Sequence record: MK327935.1
Direction: 5' to 3' (one strand)
Length of the DNA: 64,000 nucleotides
Source: Escherichia phage vB_EcoM_G2494
A program made the translations under genes and the position numbers. Shown in pieces: positions 52,332 to 63,031 of this stretch. The notes below the pieces were generated by a model. It was given only the letters and a program-made list of their open reading frames with translations. It was not told the origin of the DNA and searched no databases. The stretch's first letter is position 1. The number at the start of each line of letters is the position of its first letter.

Positions 52332-52369
52332 AATATATCATCCTCTTTTGTTTCTATCAAGCCTTATTT

Positions 52370-52377
52370 TATAAATA
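52370..52377 (+). promoter_or_regulatory. T4-type late promoter TATAAATA for gene 34
   Basis: tataaata about 30 nt upstream of gp34 ATG. Confidence 0.65.
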
Positions 52378-52405
52378 TGAACATACTATAAAAGGAGACC
52401 CAATA

Positions 52406-55400
52406 ATGGCAGATTTTTCTCAACATTTCAAGGCCACATTTGGCTTTGACGCTGGTAATGAAAAGGTCGTCAATGTAGCATTGGCTGATAAGAATGTCAA
52501 CACCGATGCGGTCAACGTTGAATTTTTCAATTACCATAATGGTATTACTCAGTATGACACAACTCGCGGTTATGATCAATACGGAACTACAATCTATCAA
52601 AACCGCCCGTATTATGCAAAAGAAGATATCGCAAAACCAGCAGGTGACTTTGACCCGACTAAATGGCAAGCACTGCGCACGGACCCACGTTGGGATTATG
52701 TTGCAGCAACTTCCGGCGATACTCCTTTAAAGTCCGGTGATTATATCGCAGCGGACTGTCAGTTTGCAAACTTGACATTCTCAATGCCTACTAATCCGGC
52801 AGAGGGCGACACTATAACAGTAAAAGATATCGGTGGCAAGTGTGGTGTTAATGAGTTATCGTTCCTTGCGGCTGGTCATGAGTTCTATCATAACGGTAAT
52901 GTGTATAACCGCAAATGGTATTGCACTACCCCGTATGCAATGAACTATTTCATCTTTGTTCGTAATCGTTGGCATGTTTATCAGACAGGAACAGAGCCAC
53001 GCGGTGTGTACGCACAGCCAGCGATTGATGCTATTCAAATGCAGAATGGTGATCAGGTATTCCGCCGTAGTTCTTTGGGTAACATTGTTTTGATGCTTCC
53101 TAAGTTTGCTAATAACGGTGATATGATCCAGACTACCGATCTTGACGGATTGACTGCAACCAACCATGTTACGGTAAAAGTGCATGAAGGTGCGCAAGAA
53201 CAATCGATCGGTACTTTCGGGGTAAAAGAAATTGTTGGTAAGCGTAGCGGTCATGGTGTATTCATATTTGACAAACCGGAAAACTTATGGCGTTTGTGGG
53301 ATGGTGATCAGTCTGTTCGCTTGAATCCTATCATTAGTGATACTCGCTTATCCCCTAATAGCTATGTTGCAGTATTTGGTGATCGTGATGTTACCTTGAC
53401 TTTACCGACCAATGTCGAGCCGGGTGATCGCATTCAAGTTTCTATGCAGTATATGCACGGAAACCAGACTTGCCGAATCATTACCTCAGAAGAGGATACA
53501 AAAATCCTTATGCAGAAAAACATGGTTCAGTTTCCTAAGCGTAGCGAGTACCCATTCAATGGGACCGATACATGGAGTGGAGTGTCTGAATTGTCTTTCA
53601 ACGCTGCAAATGATTATGTACCTTATCTGGAGTTCTCTTATTCAGAAGGTGATGATGGTAAGAAATACTGGTTGGTGGCACATGCTCACCCGATTGTAGA
53701 ACGAGTAGATCCGACTCGTAAAGATCGTGTTGGTGTAATTGCACTGGCTACCCAGGATGAAACAAACAAAAACCATGAAGATAATCCTAGCGACGAAGTT
53801 GCGGTGACTCCAAAGGTTCTGGCTAATAAAACAGCCAACGAAACTCGACGCGGTATTGCTCGCATTGCAACTCAAGCGGAAACGCATCAAGATACTGGTT
53901 CCAGCTTCCTGGATGATGTTATCGTTACGCCTAAAAAGTTAAATGATTGTGTTGCTACCGAAGCCCGTCGTGGTGTAATGGAAATTGCAACTCAACATGA
54001 AACCAACGAAGGTTTAGACGATACTCGCGCAATAACTCCTAAGAAGTTAGAAGAACGTCGCGCTTCCGAAGATCTCGCTGGTATTGCTGAAATTGTTCAG
54101 GTTGGCGGTAGTGCTTCCGCTCGACGTGGCGAAGCTGGTACAGGGATCTATAACATCAACGACCATGCTAAAATTGTTACGCCACAAAACATCAACGAAG
54201 TCAAGGCGACCGAAACTTCCCGTGGTGTTGGCTATCTGGCAACTGACGCGGAAGTGCAAGGGGCTACAGAATCAACCCCGCAAGATGCTTTACTAATCAC
54301 GACTCGCACGCTAACGAAGCGTACTGCTACAGAATCGCGTACTGGTATCGCTGAAATTGCAACTCAGGAAGAAACAAACTTAGGTCAAAGTGATAACCAT
54401 ATCATCACGCCTAAAAAGCTGCATAATCGCCGCGCAACGGAAACTTTACACGGTTTAGCAGAAATTGCAACTCAGTCGGAATTTGACGCAGGTCGTGACG
54501 ATGCTCGCATTTCTACCCCATTGAAGATTAAAACCTTCTTTGAGAATGCACAGCGTTTGAAAGTAGATCCGACTCAGGGGCTTAACCTTACGGGTGACTT
54601 GTGGCAAGGTATCATGATCAGCGGTCTTGATGCAACCGAAGACACAAAAGGTGTCGCTAAAGTTGCTACTACTCAGCTTACGGATGTTGGTCAAGATGAT
54701 ACTACAATCATCACTCCTAAAAAGCTGCAAGGCAAAAAGGCCACCGAAGGTAAAGAAGGTATTATCCGAGTTGGTACTCAAGCCGAAACCGTGGCTGGTA
54801 CACTGGCTAATGTAGCAATTTCTCCGAAGAACTTCAAATATGTTGTTCAGACAGAGGATACATGGAAAGCAACCGAAGCGCGTCGTGGATTCTTGAAAGT
54901 TGCTACTCAGGAAAACTGTTTTGTTGGTGATAATCTGCAAGGTTCTACTCAAGAACTAGGAAACTACCAGCATGACGGAATTGCTGTTACTCCGAAAGGA
55001 TTAAACTACGCACTTGCTAATTTCTTACCTAAGATGGCAACCGCTCAGAATAGTTTGAAATTGGGTAACGTAGAGGCCGCTAAATGGGCGCGTAGAGACA
55101 TTGACCAGATCATAGAGAGCAATTACACGTTTAATAAAAACGTTAACGTGAAGGGCGATTTAGAGTGCTTAAAATCTGGTTCCTTTGAAACTCTGTCTGT
55201 GACTAAGAACTCTACTGATGATCTGAGTAATGGTCATCTGGTGTTGGGTGAGCGTGGAGTTGACGGTCACACCGGAATTACTCTGCATGGCACAACCGCA
55301 TCGGAAGGTATGGAAAACTCATGGTCTATTATCGTTGGTGGTACTGGAACAGCGCAAGTCGTTGATAGTGATGCTATCGCTTTCGGTAAAATCAGTGATG

Positions 55401-56146
55401 GTGGAGTCGTCGAGCATTACTCCTTTGCTATGGAACATGACGGCGATGCGTTAGCCTATAGAGACTTTATTGCAGGTCGTAACCTGTATGCGAAACAAGG
55501 CGGTTTATACATTGTTGACCAGTCTAATCCGGCAATGACTCGTTCCCCAGATGGTATGCTGAATATCGGTCACGGTGGAAGTGTTAACATCAAGGCAGGT
55601 CATCAAACGTTAACTACAGAGATCGCCGGACAGAAATATCAGATCGTCCACGCAGGAAACGCAGACGAAGTTCTTAACCGTCAGTTTGTTAAGAATGCTG
55701 GCGATACAATGGTCGGTAAGCTGACTATGGATAATGCGCCTATTGTTTCTGTTAAGCATGAAGCTAGCGCGGCAACCGCTCCGGCAATCGGTAACATCGG
55801 TTTCTGGAACATGCGAGTAACTACCCAAAACATCAAAGAAACCTATCCAGAGAAGAAAAACGGCACATTGATGCAATGGGGTACTGATGAAAACGGCCTT
55901 ACCCAAATCTGGTCACCTGATGGTACTCATAAACATTATATCCGTTCCGGTACTGGTGGTCAATGGACCGCATGGGGTGAAATTTACACCAAACAGAATA
56001 AGCCTACCGCTCAGGAAATCGGGGCAGTAGTTGCAGAAGGTGGTTTAATGAACTCTATGACGGTTCGTGATTGGATCAAAGTTGGTAATGTTAAAATCAT
56101 CGCCAATAATCTGACTCGTACCGTAGACTTTATCTGGGAAGACTAA
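52406..56146 (+). CDS. 34: long tail fibre proximal subunit gp34
   Basis: 1246 aa; repeated motifs GIAEIATQ ... ITPKKL as in T4 gp34; C-terminal GNVKIIANN. Confidence 0.93.
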   Translation: MADFSQHFKATFGFDAGNEKVVNVALADKNVNTDAVNVEFFNYHNGITQYDTTRGYDQYGTTIYQNRPYYAKEDIAKPAGDFDPTKWQALRTDPRWDYVAATSGDTPLKSGDYIAADCQFANLTFSMPTNPAEGDTITVKDIGGKCGVNELSFLAAGHEFYHNGNVYNRKWYCTTPYAMNYFIFVRNRWHVYQTGTEPRGVYAQPAIDAIQMQNGDQVFRRSSLGNIVLMLPKFANNGDMIQTTDLDGLTATNHVTVKVHEGAQEQSIGTFGVKEIVGKRSGHGVFIFDKPENLWRLWDGDQSVRLNPIISDTRLSPNSYVAVFGDRDVTLTLPTNVEPGDRIQVSMQYMHGNQTCRIITSEEDTKILMQKNMVQFPKRSEYPFNGTDTWSGVSELSFNAANDYVPYLEFSYSEGDDGKKYWLVAHAHPIVERVDPTRKDRVGVIALATQDETNKNHEDNPSDEVAVTPKVLANKTANETRRGIARIATQAETHQDTGSSFLDDVIVTPKKLNDCVATEARRGVMEIATQHETNEGLDDTRAITPKKLEERRASEDLAGIAEIVQVGGSASARRGEAGTGIYNINDHAKIVTPQNINEVKATETSRGVGYLATDAEVQGATESTPQDALLITTRTLTKRTATESRTGIAEIATQEETNLGQSDNHIITPKKLHNRRATETLHGLAEIATQSEFDAGRDDARISTPLKIKTFFENAQRLKVDPTQGLNLTGDLWQGIMISGLDATEDTKGVAKVATTQLTDVGQDDTTIITPKKLQGKKATEGKEGIIRVGTQAETVAGTLANVAISPKNFKYVVQTEDTWKATEARRGFLKVATQENCFVGDNLQGSTQELGNYQHDGIAVTPKGLNYALANFLPKMATAQNSLKLGNVEAAKWARRDIDQIIESNYTFNKNVNVKGDLECLKSGSFETLSVTKNSTDDLSNGHLVLGERGVDGHTGITLHGTTASEGMENSWSIIVGGTGTAQVVDSDAIAFGKISDGGVVEHYSFAMEHDGDALAYRDFIAGRNLYAKQGGLYIVDQSNPAMTRSPDGMLNIGHGGSVNIKAGHQTLTTEIAGQKYQIVHAGNADEVLNRQFVKNAGDTMVGKLTMDNAPIVSVKHEASAATAPAIGNIGFWNMRVTTQNIKETYPEKKNGTLMQWGTDENGLTQIWSPDGTHKHYIRSGTGGQWTAWGEIYTKQNKPTAQEIGAVVAEGGLMNSMTVRDWIKVGNVKIIANNLTRTVDFIWED

Positions 56147-56179
56147 TTAAAGGGGGCGAAAGCCCCCTATGGGGTTATT

Positions 56180-57319
56180 ATGACACAAGAGATAGAATTA
56201 CGCAACACTGGAATTAAGTTTGCGCATTTCGACGAAGACTCCGCGACATTTACAAGCATTTCAGAAAACAACTCTGTGATGTATAAGCTGGAAGTGCGCG
56301 GATCTAATGCGGATTCTACCAAACCAGCAAGAATTAGATTTAATGGAGTGGAGATCGTTGGCGCTGGCTATGAAAATGGCCTAAATTTTAAAGTTCTTAC
56401 TCCAACTGGACAACTACACGAAGAAAAGGTATTCTATGGTCGCGGTGCTGTTTTGGCGATGCGTGATTATCTTTCTTTGCTGAAAGGTGATTATATCATT
56501 GCGATGGCAACGCATGGAGAATTGTTTGCAGATCCGATAAGTGATGTTGTATTTTCTAAGATGGGATCTGTATCATTCCCGAATCACATTTTGCTACAGC
56601 AAATGCCTCGTGTATCCTATGCAGCAATTTATTCTACTAAAATGGGTAAAATTGTGTGCGAAGGGATGCAAGCAACGCACGGAGAAGGTCAAGATTCGTC
56701 TATACAAATTGAGAAAGTTTATGATACTATAGACGATCTTGCAATAACAGGAACACCACAACGATTTTTAGATTATCCGGTTGAGTATGTTAGCGAAGAT
56801 GCCGAACATTTCGAGCTAATACAATGGCCTCATGATGAGATCAGCGCACCACTTGAATATTTTAACATAAAGGCAGGTGACAAACTATCAATATCCTTTG
56901 AATTGTTCCGTGATAGTGCCGCAGCCGCAGCCAACGTAACAGCGCGTTTCTATCACAACTACTTCACCGATGGACAATATCAAACTGGTGTTCGATACAA
57001 TGCCAGCAAAAAAGACCAATGGGAAAAGTTTGAAGCCGTCTATACCGTACCGGAAGGAGTTGATAGTGTAGTAACTGGTTGTATCAGATATCCAACCAAC
57101 TCCAATGAAGGTATTGTTAAAATTAGAAACATACTAATAACGCCGATCAGTGGAGTCGTCAAAACTACTGGTCCTACTTCATTTGGTGTTAATGGTGTTA
57201 GAACAACTCATATTCAGGATAACGGTGATTTTACTAACCCTGTAATGAGTCTTCTTAAACTGCCTAGAGATAATAAACACATCACATCCAACAACTTTAA
57301 AGAGTTCGATGTTGATTAA
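56180..57319 (+). CDS. 35: long tail fibre hinge protein gp35
   Basis: Synteny and size (379 aa). Confidence 0.8.
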   Translation: MTQEIELRNTGIKFAHFDEDSATFTSISENNSVMYKLEVRGSNADSTKPARIRFNGVEIVGAGYENGLNFKVLTPTGQLHEEKVFYGRGAVLAMRDYLSLLKGDYIIAMATHGELFADPISDVVFSKMGSVSFPNHILLQQMPRVSYAAIYSTKMGKIVCEGMQATHGEGQDSSIQIEKVYDTIDDLAITGTPQRFLDYPVEYVSEDAEHFELIQWPHDEISAPLEYFNIKAGDKLSISFELFRDSAAAAANVTARFYHNYFTDGQYQTGVRYNASKKDQWEKFEAVYTVPEGVDSVVTGCIRYPTNSNEGIVKIRNILITPISGVVKTTGPTSFGVNGVRTTHIQDNGDFTNPVMSLLKLPRDNKHITSNNFKEFDVD

Positions 57320-57330
57320 CATTTTTAACA

Positions 57331-57360
57331 AGCCGATCCATGTGGTCGGCTTTATTTTTA
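57331..57360 (+). terminator. rho-independent terminator after gene 35
   Basis: agccga ... tcggct hairpin followed by TTTATTTTT. Confidence 0.6.
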
Positions 57361-57377
57361 TACAGTTGGTTAAATTG

Positions 57378-57470
57378 TAACCAAAACGAAGAAAGATCTT
57401 TAGAATAATAGAAAATTTGTTTCGGTTAAAAATTAGTCAGTGCCTACGGCACGTCGCGAAGCGATATTTT
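57378..57470. repeat. intergenic dispersed repeat, inverted copy of elements at 4772-4974
   Basis: Reverse complement closely matches 4772-4825 and 4925-4974, and less closely 4846-4890. Confidence 0.6.
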
Positions 57471-57480
57471 GTTAACATTC

Positions 57481-57488
57481 TATAAATA
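57481..57488 (+). promoter_or_regulatory. T4-type late promoter TATAAATA for gene 36
   Basis: tataaata 36 nt upstream of gp36 ATG. Confidence 0.65.
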
Positions 57489-57523
57489 CTCGGAACTATA
57501 ACTAATTTTTTTGAGGTTACTTT

Positions 57524-59014
57524 ATGGCAGATTTGAAATATGGATCTACTGTAGGCGGATCTCCCATTTGGACGCAAGGAAACTTGACGATCCAGCCAGC
57601 GGGGGATCAGCTTTTCTACAAAGGTCATAAAATCTATACCGCTTTTGATAGACCTTCGGCTACCGATTTTGATGCTGTTAGTGCATCCGAAGGTGGCACA
57701 TTTCAAAAGCAAGTTCATTTCGAGGAAGGTTTAAGCGTAGGTAGCGCATCGGCTGGAGAAACCAAAAAGAACGGGATCTTTAAAGGAAAGAGCGATGCTG
57801 CTAACTTTGATGGTGTAAGTTGGGGTCTGCATTCGTGGAAATCCATTGGTTTTGTTAATGCTCGTGATGATGTTATCATGGCTTATATTGACACTACCAC
57901 AGGTGATTTTAAAACTAAAGGGACCATCGAAGGGACAACCATTAAAGACACTGGTCAACGCGTCTATAGTCCTGTTAATAAGCCGACAAACAATGATTTG
58001 GATTTGGTGTCTCGTCGCGGTGATACTCTCACGGGAACGTATAATTTAAACACGGCTACATTTAAACTTGATGTTAATTCGAAAATACTTGCGCGGGATC
58101 GTGGTTTCATTGCTTTCGATTCTAATGCCATTTATTTTGGAAATAGTCTTGATACTTTGGCATTCAGTAGCAAAAACGAGCCGACAATTTCTGTTAATGG
58201 CAAGGCAGGTAGATTCTACCACACCAACAATAAACCGACTAAAGCCGATGTTGGACTAGGTAATGTCACCAATGATGCACAGGTTAAACGTGCTGGTGAT
58301 ATTATGGAAGGCAACTTGCAAGCGCCTAGAATGTTGGCGACAAACGATCCTGCTGGTCCTAATGAATTGGTTCGTTTGAGCTACTTTGAGAGAAAATCAA
58401 TGGTAGCAAATCCAACAATCATTGGAAACGTTGATTGGAACACTCTTATTAATCGCGGTATCTATCGTGTGGAAAATGCTGGATCAGGTACTAATAAACC
58501 GTCTGATAGCTATTATAACGGCGTTTTGATGGTATATCGCCCAGAAGATGCGGTCGGTACTCGTCGAATTGTTCAGGTATACTATCCTGAATCTATTGAT
58601 CATCCGATGTGCTGGCGTTCTTGTTCTAATGAATCATGGACTGCATGGAACTATGTAGATCACCGTAAATTGGCTGATATTCGCTATGTTAACGTCACTG
58701 GCGATACCATGACAGGACCGTTAACTGTTCCGGCGGCAAATGGCGTTCATACCGCAGAAGCTAACTATAATGGTGATAATTGCTACGCTGGACTTAATAG
58801 CTTAAATGGCACAGCAATGATTCATCGTGTTAGTGATATTAAAGCGCACGAGAAACTAGGCATCACACATGATTCTAAAATTATTTTCGTTAAATCACGC
58901 AACAATACTCAGGACACCGATACATTTGAATTATACCACGAAGGACACAAACCAACTCCTGATGATGTTGGCGCTGTTCCGCTTAATGCGGTAATTGATT
59001 TTGGTACTTTCTAA
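57524..59014 (+). CDS. 36: long tail fibre distal subunit gp36 (extended, 496 aa)
   Basis: N-terminus MADLKYGSTVGGSPIW matches T4 gp36 MADLKVGSTTGGSVIW; much longer than T4 gp36. Confidence 0.8.
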   Translation: MADLKYGSTVGGSPIWTQGNLTIQPAGDQLFYKGHKIYTAFDRPSATDFDAVSASEGGTFQKQVHFEEGLSVGSASAGETKKNGIFKGKSDAANFDGVSWGLHSWKSIGFVNARDDVIMAYIDTTTGDFKTKGTIEGTTIKDTGQRVYSPVNKPTNNDLDLVSRRGDTLTGTYNLNTATFKLDVNSKILARDRGFIAFDSNAIYFGNSLDTLAFSSKNEPTISVNGKAGRFYHTNNKPTKADVGLGNVTNDAQVKRAGDIMEGNLQAPRMLATNDPAGPNELVRLSYFERKSMVANPTIIGNVDWNTLINRGIYRVENAGSGTNKPSDSYYNGVLMVYRPEDAVGTRRIVQVYYPESIDHPMCWRSCSNESWTAWNYVDHRKLADIRYVNVTGDTMTGPLTVPAANGVHTAEANYNGDNCYAGLNSLNGTAMIHRVSDIKAHEKLGITHDSKIIFVKSRNNTQDTDTFELYHEGHKPTPDDVGAVPLNAVIDFGTF

Positions 59015-59016
59015 TT

Positions 59017-59040
59017 CTAGCGGGGATTATCCCCGCTTTT
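59017..59040 (+). terminator. hairpin terminator-like element after gene 36
   Basis: agcgggg-attat-ccccgct followed by TTTT. Confidence 0.5.
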
Positions 59041-59081
59041 CTAAATAATATTATTCTAACAACCGTTAAGGATTTTATAAA

Positions 59082-61862
59082 ATGGCAGATTTACAGAGAA
59101 TCCAATTTAAAAGAACAAGTACGGCAGGTCGCAAGCCGGATGCGAATATTCTAACTCCGGGTGAACTTGCTATTAACCTAGCGGATCGAGAACTATATAC
59201 AAAAGATGACAGCAATAATGTAATTACTTTGGGACACTTTCGCGGTGAGTTGCCATCTGATGCAAATTTAGATAATTATGGACCTACTGGTAAATTTACT
59301 GGCGTTTGGTCTAAATCAACTTCAACAAATGCGCAGCCAGCAAATAAATTCCCAGAAGAGAATGCTGTAGGTGTATTAGAAGTATTTGTGGCTGGTCAAT
59401 TTGCTGGCACTCAGCGTTATACTGTTCGGTCTGGTAACGTTTATATCCGTTCTTTGTCTGCGAAATGGAATGGCGTAGATGGTCCATGGGGTCCGTGGCG
59501 CAATATTCAAACTGGCACACGTCCACTATCAACTACACTAGACTTGAATACTTTAGGTGATGCTTCTCATTTTGGGTTATGGCGAAATAGTTCAAGTTCC
59601 ATTGCATCATTTTCTCGAAATTACCCAGAAGAAGGTGGTCTCGCGCAAGGTCTTTTAGAAATTTATGAAGGTGGTAACTATTCTCGCACGCAACGTTATA
59701 CTACCCGAATGGGTGTTGTATATGTTCGTTGTCTTGCTGGTGCATGGGATCCAGAAGCTCCGAATTGGGGACCGTGGCAACAAGTAGGTATGGTTACTCC
59801 CAACACATTCTATGACGGGGATCTTAATAATTTTCGTTCTCCTGGCTTATATAATATTTTAGGCACTGATGCCGTTATTAACCGTCCAGTTGCAGAAGGT
59901 GTTCCGGTTGAGATGACCGGATTGCTTGAGGTTAAACAGCGTGCTTCCGGTGGCGCTATTTTCCAACGTTTCACTACCGCAGGAACGGGATCTACTACCC
60001 GTGGTCGTGTTTTTGAACGTGCAATGACAAATAATATCTGGGGAAATTGGCATGAAGTATATACATCTTATTCTCTGCCAATTACTTTGGGTATGGGTGG
60101 TATTAAAACTCAATTAGCGGAGCTAGATTGGCAAACATTTGATTTTGTTCCTGGTAGTATGTTTAGCGTTCCTTTGAACAAAATAAAGAACATGCCAGCA
60201 AATATGGATTGGGGTGCGATTGACGGAAACTTGGTTATGTTTTCTGTCGGTCCTAGCGAACACACTAGCACAGGGCGTACTGTTCAGGTTTGGCGTGGTA
60301 CTGTATCCCAGACAAACTACCGTTATTTTGTCGTTCGTGTGTTCGGTAATTCTGGAAATAGAACTTGTACAGTTCGCCGTGTTGTTCTTGAAGACGGATC
60401 ACATACTTGGACTGCTAAACAAGATTTTAATGGTGCTGTCAACTTTGGTGGTTCGACAACTTTTAAGTCCACTACAACTTTTAACACAGAAGTTAAATTC
60501 CGTTCATCCAATGCATTTAAAATGTATGGCGGTAATTTTGGCACAATTTTCCGTAATGATGGTGAAAGTCTTTATATTCTTTCCACCGACGAAAATGATC
60601 AAGATGGAAACTTTAATACAAATAGACCTTTCCGCTATCAATTAAAAACTGGCGATGTTACTTTGGGTGGCACTAGCGGTGCTAACGCTTTAGTATTAAA
60701 AGGCGGTTCTCTTGCTGCTACCTTTAGCGGTGATGTTAATTTAAGTAAAGGTACGCTGACGTTTGAAGCGGGTGGTAAGCAATCACGCGATTATTTCCGG
60801 TTTAATCATTGGGGTGATAGCAATAACGCTCGTGATAACATTATTCAGTTAGAAGATAGTAAAGGCGCTCATTTTTCCACTGAACGTACTTTAGCGACTG
60901 GTGCAATTAAAACTAAATTCTTTGGTGAAGTTGAATCAACTGGTCGATTGACTATTAAACGTCCGGGTGGTGCTATTGTATTATCGACTACAGCCAGCAA
61001 CGCTTTGCATATTCGCGGTGACGTAGACGGGAATGGTAACTGGTATATTGGTAAAGGTGGTGCTGATAATTCGCTAGCATTTTATAGCTATGCTACTCAG
61101 GCGGCAGTACATATAACAAACAATGGTGAGATTGCGTTAAACCCGCAAAATACCTTAATGGTTAACGTTAACCGCGATCGTATGTATATCAATGGTGCAA
61201 GTTGGGTTGCCAGACAACCAGGTGATTGGGGCAACCAATGGCGAGTAGAAGCTCCATTATTCGTTGATCATGGTTATGTTGGTCAAGATAGTTATTATCC
61301 TATTCTTAAAGCAAGAAGCGTTATAACCAATCAAGGATATAGCACCGCTGTTGACTTTGGTATGCGTCGTATTCCATCACAGTGGGGGCAAGCAATCATT
61401 CGTGTCGGATCCACGGAGGCTTCTCCTGATGCTGGACACCCACAAGCTGTGTTTGAATTCCATCATGATGGGTTCTTTTATACACCAGGAAATGGTAGCT
61501 TTAGCGATGTGTATATTCGTTCTGACTCCCGTCTTAAGATTAATAAAGAAGAGTTAGAAAACGGAGCACTTGAAAAAGTATGCCGTCTGAAAGTTTATAC
61601 TTACGATAAAGTTAAGTCTATTAAAGATCGTAGTGTGATTAAACGTGAAGCTGGTATTATTGCTCAGGATCTTGAAAAAGAATTGCCGGAAGCTGTATCT
61701 AAAGTTGAAGTTGATGGATCTGATGTTCTGACAATTTCTAACTCGGCAGTGAATGCTCTTTTAATTAAGGCTATTCAGGAAATGAGTGAAGAAATTAAAG
61801 AATTGAAAACTCCTTTCTTTACTAAAATTGCTCGCAAAATTAGTAAATATTTTAAATTCTAA
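59082..61862 (+). CDS. 37: long tail fibre distal subunit gp37 with C-terminal intramolecular-chaperone-like domain
   Basis: N-terminus IQFKR ... PGELAINLADR ... TKDDSNN matches T4 gp37; C-terminus GIIAQDLEKELPEAV ... NALLIKAIQEMSEEIKELK resembles autoproteolytic chaperone domains of other fibre/spike proteins. Confidence 0.85.
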   Translation: MADLQRIQFKRTSTAGRKPDANILTPGELAINLADRELYTKDDSNNVITLGHFRGELPSDANLDNYGPTGKFTGVWSKSTSTNAQPANKFPEENAVGVLEVFVAGQFAGTQRYTVRSGNVYIRSLSAKWNGVDGPWGPWRNIQTGTRPLSTTLDLNTLGDASHFGLWRNSSSSIASFSRNYPEEGGLAQGLLEIYEGGNYSRTQRYTTRMGVVYVRCLAGAWDPEAPNWGPWQQVGMVTPNTFYDGDLNNFRSPGLYNILGTDAVINRPVAEGVPVEMTGLLEVKQRASGGAIFQRFTTAGTGSTTRGRVFERAMTNNIWGNWHEVYTSYSLPITLGMGGIKTQLAELDWQTFDFVPGSMFSVPLNKIKNMPANMDWGAIDGNLVMFSVGPSEHTSTGRTVQVWRGTVSQTNYRYFVVRVFGNSGNRTCTVRRVVLEDGSHTWTAKQDFNGAVNFGGSTTFKSTTTFNTEVKFRSSNAFKMYGGNFGTIFRNDGESLYILSTDENDQDGNFNTNRPFRYQLKTGDVTLGGTSGANALVLKGGSLAATFSGDVNLSKGTLTFEAGGKQSRDYFRFNHWGDSNNARDNIIQLEDSKGAHFSTERTLATGAIKTKFFGEVESTGRLTIKRPGGAIVLSTTASNALHIRGDVDGNGNWYIGKGGADNSLAFYSYATQAAVHITNNGEIALNPQNTLMVNVNRDRMYINGASWVARQPGDWGNQWRVEAPLFVDHGYVGQDSYYPILKARSVITNQGYSTAVDFGMRRIPSQWGQAIIRVGSTEASPDAGHPQAVFEFHHDGFFYTPGNGSFSDVYIRSDSRLKINKEELENGALEKVCRLKVYTYDKVKSIKDRSVIKREAGIIAQDLEKELPEAVSKVEVDGSDVLTISNSAVNALLIKAIQEMSEEIKELKTPFFTKIARKISKYFKF

Positions 61863-61898
61863 CAACAAGGGGGCGTTGCCCCCTTTGGAGTATAAATT

Positions 61899-62699
61899 AT
61901 GGCAGTAGTTGGTGTTCCTGGTTGGATTGGAAGTTCAGCCGCAAATGAAACAGGACAACGATGGATGAGTCAAGCGGCTGGTCAATTAAGATTGGGTGTT
62001 CCTTGCTGGATGAGTCAATTTGCAGGTCGCTCGCGAGAAATTATTCATACTGTAGGAGCAAACCACAATTTTAATGGTCAGTGGTTCCGTGATAGATGCT
62101 TTGAAGCTGGCGGTGCACCTATTGTATTCAATATTGTTGGTGATATCGTTTCTTATTCTAAAGATGTACCGCTTTTCTTTATGTATGGTGACACTCCTAA
62201 CGAATACGTTGTCCTTAATATTCATGGTGGTGTCCATATGTGGGGTCGAGGTGGTAATGGTGGATACACTCACTCAGGTGGAGATGGTAACGGTACACAA
62301 GGCGGTCATGTTATTCAAAATGATATCGGTGGACGGCTTCGTATTTGGAACTACGGTGTTATAGCTGCTGGCGGTGGTGGCGGTGGTGGTATTGCATATC
62401 GTCCACACTCAGGGGCAAACTGGCAAGATATCGGTGGCGGTGGCGGTCGACCTTTCGGTGGTGCTGGCGGTGGCGGTTATTCCGGTGGTGCTGCTTCTTA
62501 TGAAGGTCCGGGTGGTGGTTACAACTATGGTAACGCACACTCCGGCGCGGGTGGTAATGCTGGCGCTGCTGGTCAGAATGCATGGTCTGATGGCGGTAAA
62601 GTTCTTAAAGTTGGTGTTGGTGGTGCTTCTGGTCATGCCGTGTTTGGATCTTCTCCAACTTGGGGCGCTGTAGGGACAATTTATGGACCTTACATTTAA
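61899..62699 (+). CDS. 38: gp38 receptor-recognising adhesin (T2-type, glycine-rich motifs)
   Basis: N-terminal [14 protein letters not shown] ... and poly-Gly segments as recalled for T2-type gp38. Confidence 0.8.
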   Translation: MAVVGVPGWIGSSAANETGQRWMSQAAGQLRLGVPCWMSQFAGRSREIIHTVGANHNFNGQWFRDRCFEAGGAPIVFNIVGDIVSYSKDVPLFFMYGDTPNEYVVLNIHGGVHMWGRGGNGGYTHSGGDGNGTQGGHVIQNDIGGRLRIWNYGVIAAGGGGGGGIAYRPHSGANWQDIGGGGGRPFGGAGGGGYSGGAASYEGPGGGYNYGNAHSGAGGNAGAAGQNAWSDGGKVLKVGVGGASGHAVFGSSPTWGAVGTIYGPYI

Positions 62700-62758
62700 C
62701 CGTTAAAAAAGAATTAAGGAAAAATCCCAGGGAAGGGAACTACTAAGGAGAAACGGCT

Positions 62759-62998
62759 ATGGTCTATAATATCGTCATTGGTGCTTTGTCTAATTTCGGA
62801 ATGAAATTATTGTCAAAGTTAATTAGTGAAAAGATGCTCACTAAAATTTTCTTCTATTGCGCTCGTCGTCTTGCGGCTTATACCAATACGCCAATTGATG
62901 ATCGTTTTGTGGAAGAACTTTATAAGGAGTTTAATAAAGATCAGTCAGAAGATAGTAACGAGCAAGATAAACCTAGTGATAGTCAACTACCTAAATAA
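62759..62998 (+). CDS. hypothetical protein with hydrophobic N-terminus (79 aa)
   Basis: AAGGAG SD; between gene 38 and holin. Confidence 0.5.
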   Translation: MVYNIVIGALSNFGMKLLSKLISEKMLTKIFFYCARRLAAYTNTPIDDRFVEELYKEFNKDQSEDSNEQDKPSDSQLPK

Positions 62999-63031
62999 GA
63001 GTACACTGTCATAGTTATCTTAGGGCATTAT

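Noticed and set aside
52494-55906. Numerous short ORFs on both strands inside gene 34
   Set aside because: All lie within or antisense to the 1246-aa tail-fibre gene.
61986-62673. His/Arg-rich and Val/Leu-rich ORFs overlapping gene 38
   Set aside because: Alternative frames of the GGT-repeat (glycine-rich) coding region; artefacts of low-complexity sequence.
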